Below, piece by piece: positions 55,488 through 64,000 of a stretch of 64,000 nucleotides of DNA (positions are counted from its first letter, which is position 1; the number at the start of each line of letters is the position of its first letter). This DNA is from an uncultured Planctomycetaceae bacterium. GTDB lineage: Bacteria > Planctomycetota > Planctomycetia > Planctomycetales > Planctomycetaceae. The stretch lies in assembly GCA_963813715.1 (NCBI GenBank), contig CAWFAK010000007.1, positions 384,001 to 448,000 of the forward strand. The letters are read 5' to 3'. The translations under genes and the position numbers were made by a program. Under the pieces are notes generated by a model that was given only the letters and a program-made list of their open reading frames with translations, had not been told where the DNA came from and did not search any database.

Positions 55488-55851
55488 GCACCTCGACGCT
55501 CGGTGCGTGGACGGGCAGCAATGCGGACGCAACTGGCATCACGGGCAGTGAGGCGACCTACACGTGGGGCGGCGCCGCGAAACGGAGCACCACGGCCGCC
55601 GCCGCCAGAATTGCGGCCGTGTAATTCTGGCCGAAGCTATCTGCCCCAAGTTCGCGGGCTCTCCAGGAATCCCCGGTCGACTCGTGTCCGGCCGGGGTTA
55701 GATTAGTGGAGCTGTTGGCGGGGACAACGTTAAATAGAACGGGGGCGTTCTGCACTCGGTCTCGCTGACCTGCGTGCAGGCGGCTGAAAACCTGTCAGTT
55801 TGAGCCGGTCGACCCTCATCCGCGTTATGGCGGTTGTCTGAGGCGTCTTCC

Positions 55852-57290
55852 ATGATCCCGGAACCTGAATCTGGCCAGCGACCGCGCCCGGTGCGACTCC
55901 CGCCGCGGGCCACACCCGGGGTGCGTCCGTCCCCCCTCCGCGGTGGCTCGTCAATCCGTTCAGCCTGTGCCGGAAGGGTTTGCGCCGAGTCGGCACCTTC
56001 GCCGGGGCTCGGCTGCGATCGTTCGCGGAAAACCCCCAGCCCTGGGTGTTCATCACCGGCGCCTGCGTCTGCGCGATGCTCACGTTCGTGGTGATCATGG
56101 TCAAAAACGCGAACGACGCGCGGCCCCACCCCGAGGTCGTGCAAGCCGACGCCGCGGAAACGCCTGACGACATTCCACGCGGGATCCCCGCTCGACCGCA
56201 AATCGCCATCATGCCGAAGCCGGCGGTGGTCGCCAAAACAGCACCCGCGAAAGAGACGACGCTTGGCGCGTTGGAGCGCCTGGCCAAGCCGGATTCGCAC
56301 AACGCCGAGGAGCCCAAAACACGGCTCAAAACGCTCCCCTCGGCTGAAGTCGAAGCCCTCAATGCCGGGCGGCGACCCGACGAGGCTCCGCGGGACGGTC
56401 GGCCCCAAGCTCACGAGCCTGTCGACGGCAATTCGCCCGGCGGTCCAAATCCCGCGCTGGCCCGCCGCGACCACGCGGGCGCGCAATTCGTGCTCGGAGT
56501 GCAAAACCCCGGTCGCGCCGCGGCAAATCCAAATGCGGCGAATCCCATCGAGAACGGACAGGATGACTTCAGCCAGGATCCACTCACGGGTGTCTGGTTC
56601 ACTCCGAGCGGCCGCTGGCAGATTCGCGGACAAGAGTCGTATCGACTGCCGATCGAAGGAAAAGAAGTCACCCGCGCCCGGTTCAACTTGCGGGCCACCG
56701 GGATCACCCAGATTATCGAGCTGCAGTGGTGGAATCCGCGCAACGTCCACGAGAAGCGTTGGACCGGCAAAGTCGCCAAGCTGCACTTCCTGGCCGTCAT
56801 GCGGGACGCCCAACTGCACCAGGCAGCCGAGCACGTCCGCGTCGTCCAGACGCGGGCCTCGAATTCGGACGGCGCGCTTCTCGTGGAGGTCGATGCCCTG
56901 TTCTATTCGCCGGGCTGGAATCTCGTCGCGAACTCGATCGAGGAAAAGCCGGCCTGGTTTCACGGCAACGAGTTCAGCATCAAGCGGGGCGACGGCGGCC
57001 GATTGCCCGTCGAGGGGCGAGAAATCGAAGTCGTGCGAAAAGCGCTTGCCGCCGAAGAGGACCAGGCCCGCATCCGCGAGGTCAAGTGGTGGCCGCCGCG
57101 CGCGAGTCGCGACAACAACGGCCACCGCGTGAGCAAGCTGCGCTACGAATTGATCCGGGGCGGAGACGTGCAGGTCGACGAAATCGTTTACGATCACAAC
57201 GAGCGGAAGATCAGCTATGCGCCGCGGGCCGTCAATCTCTTCCCCGAATCTGAACGGCGGGCCACCAAGCTCGACCAGGCCCCCAAATAG
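55852..57290 (+). CDS. hypothetical membrane-anchored protein with internal domain duplication (N-terminal frameshift)
   Basis: One TM segment (WVFITGACVCAMLTFVVIMV), a Pro-rich linker and two WWxPR-containing segments. Confidence 0.55.
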
Positions 57291-57346
57291 GCCGACGTTC
57301 TCGCGCCCGGCACTCCTCACGCGGGGTCCGCGCAATCTCGCCCGCA

Positions 57347-58684
57347 GTGTCGCTCACGTCCGCCTCGCTTCGCTCGCGCTGTTCCTGATTTTGTCAGAAT
57401 GGTCGTTGGGGTTCGCGCAGACGAACGGAGTCGGCAACTTCGCGACGGTCGCACTCGACCCGATCCGGCGCAGCGAGTGCCCGGCTGGCGGTCGACGTCG
57501 TGAAACTCAAGTCGGGTCAAACGCTCCGCGGCACCGTCGCCCGTGTAGAGGCCGATGGCTCGATTACGTTGGCGCTCGAGCGCGAATGGCTCCGCAAGGC
57601 GAATCCCGCTCTGTTGGCAACGACCGAAGCGGAGGAAGCGCCGCACGCGGACCGCCGCGCTCGAGCAACTCCGTGATCGCCTCCAGCACGAACTGACCAA
57701 AACTCCCGCCGAGTCGGGGCTGGCGACCTTTTTGCGTGTCGAGCAAAAGCGAATCGCCGGGCTGCTCGCAAATGCCGCAGCCGGCTCGCGCGAATCCGCA
57801 CCGCCTCAATCCGGATCGACCCATTCCACCCGGCCGCAGTTCGTGTTCGTCGAACTGCCGAAAAAGAAAATCGCGCGGATCACTCCTGCCAGCATTGCGC
57901 ACAAACAGATCGCCGGGTGGAGCTGGTACGAACGACTCCCCCATGTCGAATCGCGGGATGCCGAGGAGCTGGCTCGCGAACTGCAGCACCGGCACATCGA
58001 TCCGACGCAGTCGCTGCCCGACATGTCCGATCGCTTGCCCCTGCGGCTGCAGGACGAACGCGAGTGGTCCGCCCGGATCGCGATTGTCTCCTCCGCGCTC
58101 GGCAAGCCGCTCGAATTTCAGGGCACGGGCGACTTGCTGGTCCGGGCCGACCACGCCAAGAACGCCGACGACCTGGCTCCCCTCATCGCCAAGATATTCG
58201 GCGGCCAGGTCGACTCGCTCTTCAAGGACCTGCTCAACGAGGGACACCCCACGGCCGCGACTCCGCAATCCTCCAACGCCTGGCTCGAGCCGGCAATCCG
58301 CGAGGCCGAAAAAGACAAGGCCCGGGCCTTCCGGGCCACGCGGGTCGATCTGAGCCTCGAACGGCACCAGGCGACCGTGAATTCGGTCTTCGTCGTGCAA
58401 CTTGCGAATGGAAAATGGGAAACGATCTGGTCCGACCGCGCCGTCGAAGACGGTTCCCAAGCCCGCCCGCGGCAGAAGCCAACATCACTGCCGATCCCCA
58501 GATCAAGTCGGCCCTCTCGCTGCTCAAATCGCTGGGAGCCGGCGGCGACGACCAGGTCGGCGCAGCCATCCGCATGGGCGCCGCGACCATGGCCGCCCAA
58601 CAAACGGTCAACAACCACTTCGCCACGTTCGAGACGCCGTTCCTCCGCCAACTCGACGGCCCACCCCTCTCGTGGGGACAGTAA
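57347..58684 (+). CDS. secreted hypothetical protein (several frameshifts)
   Basis: Continuous coding-like sequence across ORFs 57217.., 57555.. and 57917..58684; no recognised family; the start is approximate. Confidence 0.5.
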
Positions 58685-58721
58685 CGCGGCTACTCATCGC
58701 AGTGACCCGCTTGCCGCGAGC

Positions 58722-59273
58722 TCAGCCGGCCAAGCGTTTTTTCACGATCGCCAGGTGATGCTCGACGTGGCCCGCCATCACGTAAGCGAGCGCCCGGCAC
58801 GTGGCGGGGTGGTCGATGATGGTGCCGCGCCATTGCCAGGCCGCGGGCGGCAGATGTCGCAACAAAAGGAGATGGCCGCGGCGAACGAAGGTGAACTCTT
58901 CGAGCAACTCGGCCAGCGGACGCGAGTTGAAGTCGGCGGCCTGCATGAACTGGTGCTCGTCGAAGCCGGGAAGCGGAGTCGCATCCTGCCGCGCCAGTCG
59001 CAGCGCGCGATAGCCGAACACGCGTTCGGAATCGGTGAGATGGCCGAGCACCTGCTTCAGGGTCCAGGTGTAAGGAGCATGGAGGGCCATTGCCTGAGAC
59101 TCGTTCACCGGCTGCAGCACGGCCTGCACGCGGGACAGTTGCTCGCCCAGGATCTGGACGATGTCCCCCGCGGGCACCAGGCCGATATAGCGATCGAAGA
59201 CGGGAGCGTATTCGCCGGCAACCGGGCGGGCGGAACCTACGGCGTCGGTAGTCGACGGGGCCGGGTGCGTCAT
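58722..59273 (-). CDS. DinB family protein
   Basis: WTLKQVLGHLTDSERVF, LPGFDE and AGHVEHH motifs. Confidence 0.9.
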   Translation of the reverse strand: MTHPAPSTTDAVGSARPVAGEYAPVFDRYIGLVPAGDIVQILGEQLSRVQAVLQPVNESQAMALHAPYTWTLKQVLGHLTDSERVFGYRALRLARQDATPLPGFDEHQFMQAADFNSRPLAELLEEFTFVRRGHLLLLRHLPPAAWQWRGTIIDHPATCRALAYVMAGHVEHHLAIVKKRLAG

Positions 59274-59363
59274 GTCCTGGGACTCGCTTCAAAGCGCGTG
59301 ACAAGTGTTAAAATGATAGCCGAGGGTACGCCGATCATATCGCCGAGGGAAGCGGATCGCGCC

Positions 59364-60841
59364 ATGCAAAATTTTGTCTGCCGGAGCCTGTGCGCGATGG
59401 CTCTGGTCCTCGCCGCCGGGCTCCTGCCCGATCCGCCGCCCCGCACCGATTTCGACGGTCCCGCTGGCAGGCTGGCTGACGAAGGCGCGGCCGCGCGGGC
59501 CAAACGTCTGCAGGCGCAAGCCTATGCCGATGATTTCAACCAGCTCGTCGTGGGGGACAACGGCCCCGACGCGGCGTTGGCCGCGCGCACCCGGCTCGAG
59601 CGCCTGCTCGCGTCGCGCGTGGCCACGCTGGATCGACATTACCGGCTGAGCCGCCTGCAAAAGCAAAAGCTCAAGCTGGCCGGGCAAGGCGACATTCGAC
59701 GGCTCGAGGACGAGATCGCGCCAGCGCGAAAAGTTCGTGGCCACTCGTCTCGAGGGCGTCGACGCGGACGTCCGCGCGGCCTTCGGTGAAGCAGCCGCAC
59801 TGCGACAGTCCCTGAAAACGGGCCCGTTCGGGAAGGGATCGCTGTTCGCCAAGGCCTTCAACACGCTGCTGGAACCCGACCAGCTGGCCAATTCCGAACG
59901 TCGCCGGCAACTGGCCGCGAAATCGACCGTCAAAATCACCCTCGACAACGCGGCCACGTTGGAAACCGCGGCCAAGTTACAGGAAGAAGCCTTCCGGATC
60001 GGCTGGACGCATCGCGAAAACGAGATCGGCTTGTTGCCCTTCGGCAAAGCCGTTGACATTCGTTCGGCCGACAAACTCGAGCCATTGCGAAAAGTTGGCG
60101 AACAGCACCGGCTGGTGGGCTTTGATTTCAGCCAAGACGGCAACTTCGTCGCGCTCACGGACAATTCGACCAAGGCCTTTCTGCTCAACCTGGCCACCGG
60201 CCACGAAATCACCCTGGACACCAACTCCCAGCAGCCTTGCGGCGAGTTTCAGCCCGGACGGCAAACTGGTCGCCACCGGCGGCTATGGAATCCGGGCCGT
60301 CCTGTGGTCGGCCGACAGCGGCAAGCGGATTCGGGACCTCGACGTCGGCCCGCAAATCGGAGGCTTGACGCCTGTGTTCAGTCCGGACGGCAAAACCCTC
60401 GCCGTTGGCAATCGCAATGGGCGGACCTGCTTGTTCGACGTCGCAACCGGACGGCTGCGACACAAGCTCAGTTTGGAATCCACTCAGGAAGTTAGGTTCG
60501 ATCCGTCCGGCAAGCGGCTGGCAGCGACGTACGTCGACGGCAACCTGGCCGTCTGGAACGTCGAAACGGGCGAGTTGATGCAGCGGACCAAGGCGAGAGC
60601 CGAAGAACTCTACTCGCTCGACTGGTCGCCCGACGGAAAAATCATCGCCACCAGCGGTCGCAACGCACCGGTCACGCTCTGGCGTGCCGCCGACCTGACC
60701 TCGCTGGTCGATATCGACGCGCCCGAGTGGGTCGTCTGCGTGCGGTTCAATCCGGCAGGCACACGGCTGGTCTTCGCCGGAGGGTCGGCGATCATGGGCG
60801 GGCCGCGCTACGTGGAAATGTTAGGCGTGCCGCAGGAATGA
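59364..60841 (+). CDS. WD40/beta-propeller repeat protein with helical N-terminal domain (frameshifts at ~59720 and ~60240)
   Basis: Repeated FSPDGK / FDPSGK / WSPDGK / FNPAG blades; N-terminal QKQKLKLAGQGDIRR domain. Confidence 0.8.
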
Positions 60842-61527
60842 CACGGGTGACTGACTTCGGCGTGCTCGATAATCCGATCTGGTTTTCCGCGCAGACCGCA
60901 CATCGCTCCTTGGTGCGGATCAACGGCCGAGCTTGCCGGTACGCGGACGACGTCTCTCCGTTTGCCGCCGTCGAGACTGCGACGCAGGCCGCCTTCGACG
61001 ACCTGGCCGCTCTCGTCGCTCCCCAAGAACGGAATGGGGTTTTGCACAGCCGACCCGATCAGTGTGCCGCCCGGGTGGCAGGTCGCGCGGTTGATGCCGC
61101 TGACACAGATGGTCTGCACCGAGCAGCGACACGCGGCGGCGGCCTCGTTCCTGACGTTGGGCGAGCGCGATGTCTCCGAGATGCTGGCACTCACCGCGGC
61201 GACCGAGCCGGGACCGTTCCTTCCCGCAACCATCCGCATGGGACGTTATTTCGGCGTGAGGGAAGCTGGGCGATTGATCGCCATGGCCGGCGAGCGACTG
61301 CAGCCGGACGGCCTGACCGAAATCAGCGCCGTCTGCACCGATCCCGATTTTCGAGGCCGCGGATATGCGCGGCGCTCGTCCGCTATCTGCTCCAGCTCAT
61401 CTTCGCGGACAGCCGCACGCCGTTTCTGCACGTTAAGCCTGAGAACGAGGCGGCAATCAAACTCTACGAGGCGCTCGGCTTCACGATCCGCCGCACGATG
61501 CAACTGACGCTCCTCGCCCGCGAGTGA
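60838..61527 (+). CDS. GNAT acetyltransferase (FR47-like), two frameshifts
   Basis: LDNPIW, TEPGPF, MAGERL, EISAVCTDPDFRGRGYA and PFLHV..EN..AIKLYEALGF motifs. Confidence 0.85.
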   Translation: MTRVTDFGVLDNPIWFSAQTAHRSLVRINGRACRYADDVSPFAAVETATQAAFDDLAALVAPQERNGVLHSRPDQCAARVAGRAVDAADTDGLHRAATRGGGLVPDVGRARCLRDAGTHRGDRAGTVPSRNHPHGTLFRREGSWAIDRHGRRATAAGRPDRNQRRLHRSRFSRPRICAALVRYLLQLIFADSRTPFLHVKPENEAAIKLYEALGFTIRRTMQLTLLARE

Positions 61528-61559
61528 CGCCAACGTCGGCGAGTCGTCAGGGCAACTCG

Positions 61560-62108
61560 TCATTGCTCGACCTGGCCGAAGACGCGCTCGAGCAACCCGC
61601 GCACGCCCTTGATCGCGCGGCGGCAGCCGACGGCAATCTTCACATTCGCCAGATCATCCACGGTCGCCGTCATGCGGATCGTCACGTCGCAGCCGCCGGT
61701 GGCGGTGGGTACGACCACAATCTCCGTCTGCTCGGCCGACAATCCGCCGCGGACTGTTTCTACCAGGACTTCGCGATACTTACCCTGCTCAGCAGATCGT
61801 CGGACCCAAAAGACGTACTGTCCGTGCTCGTCGGTCCTCTCGAGCTTGACCAGATCCTCGCGCTGGGAGACCACGTTCACGCCGGCGGCACGCTCCACGT
61901 CTCCGGGATGGTGCTCGATCCATTCGCCGACTTTCGCGGGCGACACTTCCAGGTGAAAGCTGGTCTCCTGCTTGGCATAGCCGGCGACGGCCGATCGCGA
62001 CGCGAGCGCCAGAGCGGCGACGAGCAACCCGGAGCTCGCACGGCGTCCGGCCCTCTCAGCCAACAACCATCCGTGCCGTGAAAACGCGTGCAGCGACAAT
62101 CCGTCCAA
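61560..62108 (-). CDS. secreted hypothetical protein, paralogue of 19596..20132
   Basis: C-terminal part of ORF 61560..62555 aligns by eye with the 19.6 kb protein. The start is approximate. Confidence 0.6.
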   Translation of the reverse strand: MDGLSLHAFSRHGWLLAERAGRRASSGLLVAALALASRSAVAGYAKQETSFHLEVSPAKVGEWIEHHPGDVERAAGVNVVSQREDLVKLERTDEHGQYVFWVRRSAEQGKYREVLVETVRGGLSAEQTEIVVVPTATGGCDVTIRMTATVDDLANVKIAVGCRRAIKGVRGLLERVFGQVEQ

Positions 62109-62227
62109 GAGACACTCCGGTCTTCCGTCCGACTCCGTCAACGCGGCCACAGGGCGACCGGCAATGGAGTCTGCGCTTCCCTCGAAACACTTCAAACGCG
62201 AGAAATCGGACGCAAAATTCGCGCCGA

Positions 62228-63035
62228 CTACGGCGCGGCCGTTCCTTCGCGCGAGATCATGTCGATCAGCGTGCTGGCCGATTCGACCGACCCAGAAACT
62301 GTCGATCTCGGGAACAGAATCTTGGGCAGACTCCCGCTCCCGATGCGTTCGTACAGCTCGACGTGCTTGGCGATGTAATTGCCGGCGTGCGGCAGGGCCA
62401 GTTCTTCCTGCAGGGCCTTCTCGCCGACCAGCTCGGCCGCATGCTGCCGGGCCTCGGCCGCCGTCCGCGCCTGCTCGAAGAGCCAGGAGTGAAACGGCGG
62501 GAATTGCCGGCGGCTGCAACGCCAGACGGCAACGGCGATCTTGGCGATTTCGCACGCCTCCGCATGCTCCGGGGCCGTGTAGCCAACGGTGCGGTTGCAG
62601 GCCGAATCGAGCGGGACCGGCAGCGCGATGATCGCCAGATCGTCGCCGAAGTGCTCAATCGCCCCCCGCACGGCCTGGTGCGTGGCCCGGCAATAGGGGC
62701 ACGTGTAATCGAACATCTCGACGAAGACGTATTTGGCGTCCGGCTTGCCCAACAAAGGCCAGTGCCGAATGTCGAGCGAGATCTGGCCGCCGCCGACGGT
62801 GACGATCCGCCGCTTTTTGGCCGCCGTTTTTGCCTCGGGCGCCTTCTTCACGTCTTTGTCCGCCGCAGCTTTTCGACGCGGTTTTCGCGGCGGGCGTTTT
62901 TGTCGTTGGCGGTTGCCCGGCGCCTCCGCCGGCGTCTTGAGAGTTAGGACCGGCCCAGGCCGCCGTGCCCGCGAAGGCACAGACCGCCAGACCCAGGAGC
63001 GAAAGTGTCGCCAGTCGCGCGATTCGCAGGGGCAT
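62228..63035 (-). CDS. DsbA-family thioredoxin-fold protein (frameshift after the signal peptide)
   Basis: Signal peptide at 63035; LGKPDAK, EMFDYTCPYCR, PLDSACN and SLP cis-Pro motifs. Confidence 0.8.
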
Positions 63036-63063
63036 CAGAATTCTCGAATTTCATTCTCGAATT

Positions 63064-63835
63064 TTACTGATCGCCGGCATCGTTGGGGATGCCGGAGGGA
63101 GGTTCGACAACATCGGGAGTGTGCGCTTTGGCAGGCGTCTTTGCGCCCGGCGCCGGCTTTGCGCCGGCCGTCAGCGGATCCTCGGTGATCGCGGTGTTAG
63201 CCCGGGCGTCGGTCTCAAAGTGCTGGACCGTGTAGGTTGGCGGCGGTGTCGAAAGGGCCTGTGTGCCGATCAACAGACTGACGCCGAGCACGCTAATCGC
63301 GGCCAATCGCACCGTCGCACGGCCGCCCAGCGGTCGCTTCCACAACACGAGCGCACAGAGGACAAGCCCGCACGAGTGAGCGGCCAGGCAATAGACGCAC
63401 AGGTGACCCGAGCGCGAAGACCTGCAGGCCGATGAACCAGATCGCGGCCAGCCCGGCTGCGATCGCGGACACCGTGACAACGCTCCAAGCCGCCCGCAAC
63501 CGGGAGTTGGTCGCCGTCGAGCGGCAGAAGGCCAGTGAGGTCAAAACGAGCGCGTAGAGTACGAAGGCCGGCACGCTCACCGGCGTGTTGAGAACTTTGG
63601 CCCAGCGGCTATGCAGGGCAAGTCCGCAATCCCAAACGTCTCCGCCGCTGCAGCCCGCCACTTCGCCGGCTCGCAGGGCGATGATGGCGAGATAGCCGGT
63701 CACGCCAAGCGCGGCACAGGCGATCAGGCGGAGCGACCAGGTAAACGACCGCGGGAGCCGCGGTCCATTTCCGCCAGCCGGAAAGGCGGTCGCGAGAGGC
63801 GACCGATGCTTAAATGACTCGAACGTCGCGGTCAT
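63064..63835 (-). CDS. vitamin K epoxide reductase (VKOR) family protein (frameshift at ~63405)
   Basis: GCSGGDVWDC...SRWAKV..PVS loop cysteines, TM helices and LCVYC active site. Confidence 0.8.
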
Positions 63836-64000
63836 AACCCACCTGGCAACCAGGTCGGCGTCCAGGCACAGTCCCCGGCAGTCATCCGGCTGCCGCACAG
63901 GTCCCCATTATTATTTTTCGCGCGGGTGGTTAAAGGGAATCCGCTATCTGGAAATCGTTTCCACTTCGAGGATTTTTGTTTGCGACCGTAGCCCCTGCCC

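Overview
This is a GC-rich bacterial window, most likely from a planctomycete, judged from the gene families present rather than from a marker gene. It holds about 50 CDSs. Housekeeping and stress genes include katG, class I fructose-bisphosphate aldolase, type II NADH dehydrogenase, oxalate decarboxylase, two aldo/keto reductases, a copper-storage protein, poxB, dps, osmC, an ABC importer, uup, a hybrid histidine kinase, three tandem TolC-family genes and VKOR/DsbA. Roughly 20 genes carry single-base frameshifts, best explained as long-read consensus errors. The most interesting signal is non-coding. (1) An undescribed ~150-200 bp repeat family occurs as two tandem triplets (15.3-15.85 kb, minus orientation; 51.0-54.1 kb, plus orientation). 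(2) The 51-54 kb triplet has taken three different insertions: an IS110/IS1111 element and two tiny transposase-less gene-carrying elements with terminal inverted repeats and 8- or 9-bp target duplications. The IS's downstream non-coding region contains readable guide segments matching both its insertion site in the repeat and its own circle junction (bridge/seek RNA). (3) A HUH/Y1 REP-associated transposase is flanked by atypical non-GTAG REP hairpins with co-varying stems, and a further REP cluster lies 4.6 kb away. I saw no rRNA, tRNA or CRISPR array. All family calls come from motif recognition by eye; no searches were run.
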